In this document: positions 55,553-64,000 of the stretch, one piece after another | Layout: the number at the start of each line of letters is the position of its first letter | How positions within the stretch are numbered: the first letter of the stretch is position 1 | NCBI GenBank assembly: GCA_902524805.1 | Contig: CABZES010000005.1 | Coordinates: 24,121-88,120, forward strand | Origin: an uncultured SAR86 cluster bacterium | Lineage (GTDB): Bacteria; Pseudomonadota; Gammaproteobacteria; Magnimaribacterales; AG-339-G14 | Direction: 5' to 3' | DNA: 64,000 bases | Program-made: the position numbers and the translations under genes | The notes under the pieces: model-generated | The model's input: the letters and a program-made list of their open reading frames with translations, nothing else | Told to the model about the DNA's origin: nothing | Database searches by the model: none

Positions 55553-57315
55553 TAAAAACGCTCCTCTCCAGATTGGATTCGACCATATAAATCTGAATTG
55601 ATTTCAACGTAATTTCCTTTCTGATAAAAATATATTTTATCCTCAATCAAATTAGGGTCAAAACCTTGTTTCTTGAGATCTTCTTTTTGATGTTTAAAAG
55701 TTCCTGTTGTTTTCATTACTTCTGTAATTCTTAAAAAATAGGGTTTTTGAAAAGCATTTAAATTTTTTTCAATATGATCTGAAAAATCGGCAAAATTAAA
55801 TTGATCCGTCACACTTAATAGAGCCATTCCAGCTTTGCCCTCAGCAGACTTTACTTCTACACCATAAACATTTGAATCTAGTACTTCTTGATATTTATTT
55901 ACAATTGCAGCAACTTCCATAGTCGAAACGTTTTCACTTTTCCATCGATAGGTATCCCCAACTCTATCTGCAAAAGAAAGCCAGTTATTTTCATGTCTAG
56001 TAAGCAAATCACCAGAGTTAAACCATAAATCTCCTTGTTTAAAAACATCGCTCATAATCTTCTTATTTGAAGCCTGTTTATCTAAATAACCTTCAAAAGT
56101 TGCAAGCCTAGATAATTTAGAGACAAAAAGACCTGTCTCATCAATCCCCACTGATTCGCAAAAACCATCCTTATTTCTTATTGGCTCCCCACTTTCTTGG
56201 TCACATTTTATTACCAGAGATCCGCTAGAATAACGACCCACCATACCAGGTCTTCCATGTGTATTTACTAAAGCTCCAACACCTTCAGTTGCTCCATATA
56301 ATTCTCTAATACTTGGAATATTAAATCTATTTTGGAATTTCTCCCAGATATCTGGACGAAGACCATTACCCGATATCACTCTTAAACTATGGTTTTTGTC
56401 CTCATCATTTGGGGCTACATTCATCAAGTAACGACATAATTCTCCAACATAGCCAAACATTGTGACTTTGTGTTCTCTAATATCAGGCCAAAACTCTGAA
56501 GCAGAGAATTTTTCTTTGATTACTGTTGTAGCTCCTCCTCTTAGGCATCCCGCCCAGGACCACAAAAGGCCTGTAGCATGATAAAGGGGCAGGGTAAGAT
56601 AAAGAATATCTTTTTGTTTGGCTCTAAATCCGAAAAACTGTCCAGCATAACTAGTTTTAACTGCTCTGCCATTTGTTATTAAAGCGGCTTTAGGCAAACC
56701 TGTGGTACCGGATGTATAGATATACATAGCAACGTCTTTAATTTTTAGCTTGTGAGGCTCGACATCTTTTGAATCTTTTGAAGCTTCATTGATGTCTTCA
56801 TAGCCACTTGGAATTTCAAATGAATCTTCAACAAGATAAGTATTTAAAGATTTCAATTCGGATTCAGGCATTGATGAGTTAAATTTTTCTAAATGCGAAG
56901 CGCCTAATATGATTGCTTTAGCGTCCACGATGGTAACAACATGTTTTAATCCTTCGCCAGTAACTGTGGTGTTGATTAAAGCAGCAATAGCTCCGATTCG
57001 ATGAGCAGCTAAAAGAAGCATTAGAAAGTCTGGACAATTATCCATTAACAGCGCAAAACAATCTCCAGGCTTGATTCCTTGTTGTTGAAGATAAGCTCCA
57101 TATGAAGAAATTTTATCGTCTGCTTCTTTCCACGTTATTTTTTTATCATTAAAAATGAAGGCAACTTCATTAGGATATTTTTTAACGTTTGTTTCAAAAA
57201 AATCTAGGATAGATAATTTGTTATCTGGCTTCCATGCAATAAATAGTCTTGGTATGCCTTGTGCATAAAAATAAATATCATCTAAGACTCCATTAATTGC
57301 CCATTTCAAACTCAT
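55552..57315 (-). CDS. Long/very-long-chain acyl-CoA synthetase (FATP/FadD6-like)
   Basis: YIYTSGTTGLPKAA AMP motif. The ATG at 57315 is preferred because it has SD AGGGGAGA and an ATGA overlap with the upstream gene stop. ORF track start is 57348. Confidence 0.87.
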   Translation of the reverse strand: MSLKWAINGVLDDIYFYAQGIPRLFIAWKPDNKLSILDFFETNVKKYPNEVAFIFNDKKITWKEADDKISSYGAYLQQQGIKPGDCFALLMDNCPDFLMLLLAAHRIGAIAALINTTVTGEGLKHVVTIVDAKAIILGASHLEKFNSSMPESELKSLNTYLVEDSFEIPSGYEDINEASKDSKDVEPHKLKIKDVAMYIYTSGTTGLPKAALITNGRAVKTSYAGQFFGFRAKQKDILYLTLPLYHATGLLWSWAGCLRGGATTVIKEKFSASEFWPDIREHKVTMFGYVGELCRYLMNVAPNDEDKNHSLRVISGNGLRPDIWEKFQNRFNIPSIRELYGATEGVGALVNTHGRPGMVGRYSSGSLVIKCDQESGEPIRNKDGFCESVGIDETGLFVSKLSRLATFEGYLDKQASNKKIMSDVFKQGDLWFNSGDLLTRHENNWLSFADRVGDTYRWKSENVSTMEVAAIVNKYQEVLDSNVYGVEVKSAEGKAGMALLSVTDQFNFADFSDHIEKNLNAFQKPYFLRITEVMKTTGTFKHQKEDLKKQGFDPNLIEDKIYFYQKGNYVEINSDLYGRIQSGEERF

Positions 57316-58319
57316 TTTGTCTCCCCTAAAAATTTTAAACATCCGCAATTACTTAGAATCGGTTTAATCGATTCCTTCACGGGAAATTCATTATATTTCA
57401 ATCTAAGTTCTTTGAAAGATTTAGAATGATTATTTTGAGTCTTTTGAGTAAATAGTTGATTGTCTAAATTAATGGAAAAAACTTTTTTGTTATTATTCAA
57501 AGCCTCATGATTTGCATTTGTCCAAGAAAGAAATAGATTTGCTATTTCTTTCTCTAAAATAGGCTCTATAGTTAAGTGCACATCGCTCCATCCCACAAAG
57601 TCTCCTTCGATCTTTGGGTTTTCCATTCTCCTAAGCCAATTAACTAAATTAGGTCTTTGATTGATGAAATTTCTAGCTGTAATGTCAATCCAACAGCCAT
57701 ACAGTTGCCCCCATAAACCGAAATCAGCAATAGAAGGACGTCCCCCAAACAAATAAGAAAATTTACTTAAATGATTTTCTAAAAGATCAATTAATCGTTT
57801 GAAAGATTTTTCTATCATCTCTTTGTTTTCGTCATTTGATCCAAATGCAGATAGTTTTGAAATTTGTCTCTCTTTGATTTTGTTAGCTTTATCTTCTAAA
57901 GCTAAAGAAGAAATGATTGGTAAATATTTAATATGAATTGGAATATTAACTGCAGCTAGCCTTTTTGAAGATAAATTTCTATCTGCTTCGTAAGACCAAC
58001 GATAATGATATAAATGCTTACTAGACCATTCATCAGCATATTCTTCTATTAATGCTGCAATAAAAATTAGTCTTGAATCTTCAGGGTAAATAGATTGAAG
58101 GGGATGAGTTGCTTCTATTGTTTCGATAATCTTTGTCGAGTCCTGCAGTGATTGATTTTCATCAATTAAAAGTAAAGGAATAATCGGTAACTTTGCGTGT
58201 TTTTGAAGTTCTTTAGAATTTGGATTTGTAATCCATTTAAATTTAAGCTTTTTAAATTTTAAATATGATTTAACTTTTATAGAATAAGGGGATAGATCTA
58301 GCCCAAATAATTTGTACAT
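57312..58319 (-). CDS. GST-like protein (N-terminal thioredoxin-like GST domain, extended C-terminus)
   Basis: 335 aa with LFGLDLSPYSIKVKSYL...IPLL......LQDSTKIIE, typical of GST_N/Grx2-like domains. Confidence 0.68.
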   Translation of the reverse strand: MYKLFGLDLSPYSIKVKSYLKFKKLKFKWITNPNSKELQKHAKLPIIPLLLIDENQSLQDSTKIIETIEATHPLQSIYPEDSRLIFIAALIEEYADEWSSKHLYHYRWSYEADRNLSSKRLAAVNIPIHIKYLPIISSLALEDKANKIKERQISKLSAFGSNDENKEMIEKSFKRLIDLLENHLSKFSYLFGGRPSIADFGLWGQLYGCWIDITARNFINQRPNLVNWLRRMENPKIEGDFVGWSDVHLTIEPILEKEIANLFLSWTNANHEALNNNKKVFSINLDNQLFTQKTQNNHSKSFKELRLKYNEFPVKESIKPILSNCGCLKFLGETK

Positions 58320-58336
58320 TTTCTAGCAAATTTTTT

Positions 58337-60358
58337 TTATGCTAAGCCTCTTTTCTCAAGTAGTCGTTTTGGATCGGGTTCTTTCCCATTAAATTTAATG
58401 AATTGCTCCATGAGATCTTTTGAATTTCCAGATGCATAGACAAATTCTTTTAATTTTTGACCAGATTCTTTGTCGTAAATACCATTCTTTTCAAACACCT
58501 CAAATGCAGATGAGTCTAATACTTCTGACCACATATAACTGTAATAACTTGAAGAATAGCCTCCAGAAAAAATATGGTTAAAATAAGTACTTCCATATCG
58601 ACTATCTATTTCTTGAGGTTTTTCAATAGAATTAAATAAATCTTTTTCAAAGTTATCTATCTCTGTTATTTCTTTATCTGATGTATGCCAAGCAAGATCT
58701 AAATATGAAGCAGCAAGGTATTCAGTAGTTGCAAATCCCTGATTAAATTTTTGACACTGTAAGTATTTATTCATTAGTTCCGATGGAATTTTATCTCCCG
58801 TTTCGTAATGAAGAGCAAATTCATCAAGTACTTCTGGGTTTCTTATCCAGTTTTCCATCATTTGTGAGGGAAATTCAACAAAATCTCTAGGTACGCTAGT
58901 ACCCGATAATGAAGGATAAGTAACATTTGAAAGCAAACCGTGAAGAGCATGTCCAAATTCATGAAATAGGGTAATTGCATGTTCAAAATTAAGAAGGGAA
59001 GGCTTATCTTTGGTTGGTTTTGGAAAATTACAAACATTTATGATAATTGGGTATTGATCTCCATTATTTTTACATTGATCTCTGTAACTAGTCATCCAGG
59101 CACCTCCTTGTTTGGAAGATCTTACGTAGTAATCAGTTAGAAAAATTCCTACTATATTTTCTTTCTTATCAAGAACCTTAAATGCTTCTACTTCATCATG
59201 ATATTTTGGATAGTTACTCAATTTAATAAATTTAATATCAAAAAGTCTCTCAGCAGTTTTAAATGCAGCTTGTCTGATATTTTCTAAAGATAAAAACGGA
59301 CGCATATTCTCTTCCGAAAAATCATATTTTTCCTTTCTAACTTTTTCAGAATAAAACCACCAATCCCAGGGTTCTAATTTAAAATTATTACCTTCTTTTT
59401 GAATAAGATCCTGCATTTCACTAGTTTCTTCTTTGGCTCTTTTTTTAGCTGGCTCCCATACTTGATCCAATAAATTAGCAACGTTTGAAGTTGATTCAGC
59501 CATGCTATTTTGTAGGGCCAAATCAGCATGACATTCAAAACCTAATAGTTTTGCCTTCTCCTTTCTCAGCGCATACATATTTTTGATGTGAGATTCATTA
59601 TTTTCAGAGTTTTTATTTTTACCTCTGGAAACATAGCCTTTATAAATTTTTTCTCTCAAAGATCTATTTGAAGAAAATGTTAGAAAAGGGTAAAGGTTTT
59701 CTCTACTTGCTTTGAATAACCAGCCATTATCAATATTCTCAGATTCAGCTTGTTTTTTTCCTATTTCTATCAAATCATCAGGCAATCCTTCTAGCTCAGA
59801 ATGATCTGTAATTAGTAACTTAAAATTATTGGTTTCTTTTAAGGTGTTTTGATTAAATTTTAATGATAATTTTGAGAGTCTTTCATTTAATGATTTAAGA
59901 ACCTCTCTATCTTTATCGCTTAGTAATGATCCTCTAAGTTTAAAATTATCGAATAATACTTTTACCAATCTAGATTGTTCATCATTTAGACTCTCGTCAG
60001 AGTTATAAACCTTTTCTATTCTTTTAAACAATTCTTGATTTAAGGAAATGCTATCGTTGTGACGAGATAGAATTGGACTTATTTCAGAAGCAATTTCGTT
60101 TAACTCATCATCCGAGTGAGCCGAAAGAAGATTATAAAATACTCTGCTTACCTGACTTAATAAATTCCCAGAATTTTCAAGTGCATTAATTGTGTTTTCA
60201 AAAGAAGGGTTTTCTTTGTCGGATATTATTTTCTCAATCTCTTTTGAGTGCTCATCGATTGCATACTTAAATGCAGGAATATAGTGCTCTGCTTTGATAA
60301 GTTCGAAAGGCGGGATGCCATATTCATTTTTAAAGTCTTCTAATAAAGGATTTTTCAT
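58337..60358 (-). CDS. dcp: Peptidyl-dipeptidase Dcp (M3 zinc metallopeptidase)
   Basis: 673 aa with HEFGHALH zinc motif. The N-terminal region aligns by eye better with E. coli Dcp (NTI.ALE.SG.LL..V..VF......H.) than with OpdA. Confidence 0.88.
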   Translation of the reverse strand: MKNPLLEDFKNEYGIPPFELIKAEHYIPAFKYAIDEHSKEIEKIISDKENPSFENTINALENSGNLLSQVSRVFYNLLSAHSDDELNEIASEISPILSRHNDSISLNQELFKRIEKVYNSDESLNDEQSRLVKVLFDNFKLRGSLLSDKDREVLKSLNERLSKLSLKFNQNTLKETNNFKLLITDHSELEGLPDDLIEIGKKQAESENIDNGWLFKASRENLYPFLTFSSNRSLREKIYKGYVSRGKNKNSENNESHIKNMYALRKEKAKLLGFECHADLALQNSMAESTSNVANLLDQVWEPAKKRAKEETSEMQDLIQKEGNNFKLEPWDWWFYSEKVRKEKYDFSEENMRPFLSLENIRQAAFKTAERLFDIKFIKLSNYPKYHDEVEAFKVLDKKENIVGIFLTDYYVRSSKQGGAWMTSYRDQCKNNGDQYPIIINVCNFPKPTKDKPSLLNFEHAITLFHEFGHALHGLLSNVTYPSLSGTSVPRDFVEFPSQMMENWIRNPEVLDEFALHYETGDKIPSELMNKYLQCQKFNQGFATTEYLAASYLDLAWHTSDKEITEIDNFEKDLFNSIEKPQEIDSRYGSTYFNHIFSGGYSSSYYSYMWSEVLDSSAFEVFEKNGIYDKESGQKLKEFVYASGNSKDLMEQFIKFNGKEPDPKRLLEKRGLA

Positions 60359-60383
60359 AAAGTGATTCTATATATATTTTCTA

Positions 60384-61109
60384 TCATTGACTAAAAAACC
60401 TTTCTTTCAAATAAAAAGGTAAATAAGTTATAGAAAAAAGTAATAAAGCTATAGGAATAAAAATCAAAAGATGCAATGGAGGATCAGGCATAAATGCAGT
60501 TAAATTTTCACCAAGAGGAAATTCAAGTAAATACATATAATTTGCTTTGATATCGGTTGAGAAAAAATTAATCAGTAGATTTATTGGATAGATTATTAGC
60601 ACTATAGGAATGCTATAGAAAATAGTATCTTTATAAGATTCAAAATCTGGAATGTTTTTCATCGAAATAGATGCAAAACAAATGGCAAACAAAAGTAATC
60701 CATGACTGAAATTAAAAAGTATGAAATGTAGGTGAGGAAAATCATAGGGATAATCTGGCTGCGTTAAGGCCATTAATACCCCTGAAATTCCCCAAAAAAA
60801 AGAAATGTTATAAAAAAATCTTTTTTTTGTTATAAAAAAAATCGCAACAAACAAAGAAGCAAGGTTGCAAAGATGAAGAGGCAAAGTAGAAAGAAAAAAA
60901 AATCTCTCGGGATATAAAGCAGGGTAATAAAAAGGCTTCAAAGTTTCATTGAGGATAATAAGGATTGCTATTCCTAGCCCCATATTATTTTTTAAGGTCT
61001 CAGATGATCTTTTAAATAAAAAAGGACATACCAAAGAAAAAGCAATTACTAAAAAAATTGTTAGCAAATGTTCGAATCCAAATATTTTAAATTCTTCTAC
61101 TTCAAACAT
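60384..61109 (-). CDS. Integral membrane protein (about 7 TM), family not securely recognised
   Basis: 241 aa, highly hydrophobic. Confidence 0.6.
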   Translation of the reverse strand: MFEVEEFKIFGFEHLLTIFLVIAFSLVCPFLFKRSSETLKNNMGLGIAILIILNETLKPFYYPALYPERFFFLSTLPLHLCNLASLFVAIFFITKKRFFYNISFFWGISGVLMALTQPDYPYDFPHLHFILFNFSHGLLLFAICFASISMKNIPDFESYKDTIFYSIPIVLIIYPINLLINFFSTDIKANYMYLLEFPLGENLTAFMPDPPLHLLIFIPIALLLFSITYLPFYLKERFFSQ

Positions 61110-61123
61110 ATAATTTATTCTAT

Positions 61124-61465
61124 ATGAAAAAAATCTCTATCTCATTTGTAATTTTTATTATAGTTTTATCGTCCTGCGCAAATGAAAAAATAATTAATAA
61201 AATTGAATGGCAAGATGAACTAGATTATTTTGATGGGGAACAAGCATATTATTTTGTCGATGTAGGAACGAAAACAGCTTATCTCGGTGGAGTTTTAGAA
61301 ATCTATAATATACTTGATAATTCTTACATCGATCGTATAACTGTTGCTAATTTTGATCTAATCTTAAGATCAGATGGATATCCCCTTTGTCGAATTTGGG
61401 GAGAAAGTGGAAAATTAAATAAGCCCACTTATTTGCTAGCTAGAAACTGTTCTAATTCTGGTTAA
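61124..61465 (+). CDS. Hypothetical lipoprotein
   Basis: 113 aa with a signal peptide and lipobox VLSSC. Confidence 0.6.
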   Translation: MKKISISFVIFIIVLSSCANEKIINKIEWQDELDYFDGEQAYYFVDVGTKTAYLGGVLEIYNILDNSYIDRITVANFDLILRSDGYPLCRIWGESGKLNKPTYLLARNCSNSG

Positions 61466-62240
61466 ACTTATTATAAAAATCTTCAAACTTTTTTTGAAGT
61501 CTTTGCATACCAGAAATCCAGCGATCATAATCTGAAGCTTTTCTTTGAATGTATTCCAGAACCTCCTGATGAGGTGTAACCAAAAACCTTTCTTTTTTAA
61601 TAGCATCGATAACATCGGCAGCACATTCATCGGCAGAAATCATTCCATCCACGCCGGCAGTCCCAGCTCCCTGAGCAGTCATTGGAGTTTCTACTGCTTG
61701 CGGACATAGACACGAGACTCCGATACCTTTTTCCCCATAGGTAATTTTAAGCCACTCTGCCAAACTTAAAGCGGCAGCCTTTGTAACTGAATAGGGCGCA
61801 GATCCAACTTGAGTTAGTAATCCGGCAGCAGAAGCTGTATTCATTAAATAACCATTACCTCTTTCTAACATTTGAGGCATTACATGTTTAGCAGCATGTA
61901 TGTGTCCAATTACATTTATATCCCAAATATTTTGCCAGTCTTCGGTAGTTACTTCAAAAAAACCAGGAACTCCACCAATTCCAGCATTTGAACAAAATAT
62001 ATCTATACCACCTGCCTTTTCATCCATATAAGTTATCAAAGAAACAATTTCATCTTCCTTGCTGACATCTATTTTATAAGCATCGCAATTTAGTTCATTT
62101 TTACTTTCTTCTAAATTTTTTTCATTTAAATCAGCAATTAAGACATAACGAGCGTCTTCTGCAAGGAATGCCTTAGCTAAAGCTTTACCTATGCCACTGG
62201 CTCCGCCAGTCACCACTATTCTTTTATCTTTTATGTCCAT
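61452..62240 (-). CDS. Short-chain dehydrogenase/reductase (SDR)
   Basis: TGGASGIGKA cofactor motif, NAG, and the catalytic YSVTK (YxxxK). Confidence 0.9.
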   Translation of the reverse strand: MDIKDKRIVVTGGASGIGKALAKAFLAEDARYVLIADLNEKNLEESKNELNCDAYKIDVSKEDEIVSLITYMDEKAGGIDIFCSNAGIGGVPGFFEVTTEDWQNIWDINVIGHIHAAKHVMPQMLERGNGYLMNTASAAGLLTQVGSAPYSVTKAAALSLAEWLKITYGEKGIGVSCLCPQAVETPMTAQGAGTAGVDGMISADECAADVIDAIKKERFLVTPHQEVLEYIQRKASDYDRWISGMQRLQKKFEDFYNKFNQN

Positions 62241-63962
62241 CTATTTGGTTAACAATTCTATGGCTGAAGCTCTGAGATCTTTTTTAGCAATTTTGCCTGA
62301 TGCGATTCTAGGTAATTTTTCTTTTTGAATCCAAACATGAGTAGGTATTTTAAAATTAGCTAATTTTTTTGCCAGGAATGTATTTAAATCTATATCACTT
62401 AACTCACTTTCATCTCTAATGCAGACGTTGGTAGCTAAAATTTCTCCTAATCGCTCATCTGGGACACCAAAAACCGAAGCTTCCAGTACATCGGGGTGCT
62501 CGGCGATAACTGCTTCAATCTCAGGACAAGCGATATTTTCTCCTCCTCTAATAACCATATCTTTTTTTCTGTCATTGATAAAAAGAAATCCATCTTCATC
62601 TATGTAACCAATATCTCCTGTCTTAAACCAACCATCTGCACCCAAACATTCAGCTGTGGCCTCAGGATTTTTCCAATAACATCGAAAGGTAGCCGCAGAC
62701 TTTATACAAACTTCACCATTTTCATTAACGTCAAGATCCTTACCATTATCATCAATAATCTTTAAATCGATTATTTTAGGTACTGGAAAACCAGTACTCA
62801 TTGGCTTGGCTAAATAAGTATCACCAGCATTGTTAGCGCCCAAGGCATTCGTTTCTGTTAAGCCATAACCAATTCCAGGATTTGTTTTTGGCAAATGTTC
62901 TTTTTGTTTTTTTACTTGTTCAGGAGGTCTAGGTGCGCCTCCGCCAAATAAATCTTTGAGAGTTGAAATATCTCTAGGATTTTTAATTTGTGCTTCAACC
63001 ATTTCAGATGACATAGTTGGTACTCCAGTAAATGCAGAGATTTTTTCTTGCTCAATTAAATCTAATGCTACTTCAGGGTCCCATTTATACATAAGTACAG
63101 TTTTTCGTCCTACTGGAATTGATAATAAAAACAAAGCATGTGAGCCAGTTACATGAAATAAAGGCACGCCAACTAATGAAGCAGCTTGATAAGATTCGTT
63201 TGTTTCTTCTTCAGTTGTTTCAGCCTCATCTGCGCTAGCAACTCCTGACATCATCGTAAGTGTAATCCAATAATAAGGTGCGAAGATAATGCCTCTGTGA
63301 GTTGCAACTACTCCCTTAGGGTATCCTGTACTTCCTGAGGTATACATAATAGATGCGTCATCTTCAGGTTTGATATCAATAGGATTTTCCAATTCAACGG
63401 CAGCATCTTTTATTGTGTTATAAAAGTCTATGTTTTGGTGATCAGGCTTATTGGAGCGGACGGCTATTTTTGGTAAGTCAATTAGTCTGCCTTCCAAACG
63501 ATCTAAGCGTTCTTCGTCACCAATAAATAATTTAGCATCGCTATTTGTAAGACCATATTCAATTTCATCTCCTTTCCACCATGAATTTAAAGGAACAACG
63601 ATTCCTCCTATTGAGGTGATGGCTATATAACAAAACATCCATTCAGGATAATTTCGCATTGAAAATGCAACTCTATCTCCTTTTTGAATATTGAATTTAG
63701 ATTGAAGGGTATTTGCCAATTGGCTCGATATTTTCAGGGTATCGTTGAATTGAAATCTTTCATCTTGATAAACAATATGCGTCCAATCGCCATGCAAAAG
63801 TCCTAATTGATAATATTCTCTTAGATTTTTTGGCGCCTCTTTATAAACAGTATATTCATTTCCTCTTATTTCAGCCTGTTCTAGACTAAGCATGCCTTCT
63901 TTAGTCACTTCCTTTAGAAGTTCCAACCTACCTTGAGTATTAAATAATTTATTATCTGACAT
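62241..63962 (-). CDS. AMP-dependent acyl-CoA synthetase/ligase
   Basis: 573 aa with MYTSGSTGYPKGVV, GYGLTET, TGDIGYIDEDGF and the C-terminal SGKIAKK. Confidence 0.9.
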   Translation of the reverse strand: MSDNKLFNTQGRLELLKEVTKEGMLSLEQAEIRGNEYTVYKEAPKNLREYYQLGLLHGDWTHIVYQDERFQFNDTLKISSQLANTLQSKFNIQKGDRVAFSMRNYPEWMFCYIAITSIGGIVVPLNSWWKGDEIEYGLTNSDAKLFIGDEERLDRLEGRLIDLPKIAVRSNKPDHQNIDFYNTIKDAAVELENPIDIKPEDDASIMYTSGSTGYPKGVVATHRGIIFAPYYWITLTMMSGVASADEAETTEEETNESYQAASLVGVPLFHVTGSHALFLLSIPVGRKTVLMYKWDPEVALDLIEQEKISAFTGVPTMSSEMVEAQIKNPRDISTLKDLFGGGAPRPPEQVKKQKEHLPKTNPGIGYGLTETNALGANNAGDTYLAKPMSTGFPVPKIIDLKIIDDNGKDLDVNENGEVCIKSAATFRCYWKNPEATAECLGADGWFKTGDIGYIDEDGFLFINDRKKDMVIRGGENIACPEIEAVIAEHPDVLEASVFGVPDERLGEILATNVCIRDESELSDIDLNTFLAKKLANFKIPTHVWIQKEKLPRIASGKIAKKDLRASAIELLTK

Positions 63963-63964
63963 TA

Positions 63965-64000
63965 TTAGACTACAGTCCCGCCATCGATCACCAAAGTATG
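63965..64000 (-). CDS. 3' end of a gene cut by the window edge; the C-terminus ...HTLVIDGGTVV resembles an SDR
   Basis: Hand translation of the last 36 nt on the minus strand ends in TAA at 63967..63965. Only 11 codons are visible. Confidence 0.35.
   Translation of the reverse strand, partial: HTLVIDGGTVV

Noticed and set aside
33857-63156. Short nested or antisense ORFs: 33857, 38598, 38817, 39956, 41013, 46040, 47673, 51588, 54993, 61436, 62419, 62496, 62956
   Set aside because: Same reasoning: shadows of confidently called genes.
1-64000. CRISPR arrays, IS elements or transposases, prophage genes, rRNA operons
   Set aside because: I saw no regularly spaced direct repeats, no transposase, integrase or phage structural motifs, and no rRNA-like sequence on either strand.

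Overview
This is an AT-rich (roughly 30-35 % GC, judged by eye), very gene-dense bacterial chromosome fragment. I call about 70 CDS and 4 tRNAs. I saw no rRNA, CRISPR array, transposase or integrase.

The left third (1-19.8 kb) is conserved housekeeping. It carries two classical gammaproteobacterial synteny blocks: tRNA-Pro/Arg/His-tig-clpP-clpX-lon-hupB-ppiD, and mltD-gloB / rnhA-dnaQ-gltX. Together with the extreme streamlining (1- and 4-nt gene overlaps, shared stop codons) and several TonB-dependent receptors, this suggests a streamlined marine gammaproteobacterium, possibly SAR86-like. That assignment is inference only.

From about 20 kb onward the content is accessory-looking catabolism.
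- 20-23.7 kb: an MBL-type alkylsulfatase-like gene, a CaiB-type CoA-transferase, a TauD-family dioxygenase and a pseudoazurin.
- 25.3-35 kb: downstream of tRNA-Ala, a block of small redox/detox proteins, a P450 and a sirtuin.
- 35.2-41.6 kb: a tightly coupled six-gene minus-strand operon (GST, extradiol dioxygenase, Cys-type sulfatase, FAD aromatic hydroxylase, FAH-family hydrolase, His-motif membrane protein).
- 41.6-51.9 kb: across a palindrome-bearing control region, two tandem paralogous TonB-dependent receptors, then TetR, a second P450, an MscS channel, an anchored FABP-like protein, purU and a small VOC-family protein.
- 51.9-64 kb: a reverse-transsulfuration pair, a GST-like / FATP-like ligase / tandem DsbA-like operon, dcp, and more acyl-CoA ligase and SDR genes.

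The most interesting candidates are:
- the sulfatase-containing aromatic operon together with its facing import/oxidation module;
- an uncharacterised His-motif membrane protein family present twice;
- a bacterial FABP-like barrel;
- a clear ORF that has only an ATA start codon.

All functional calls rest on motif and family recognition by eye. No database search was run.
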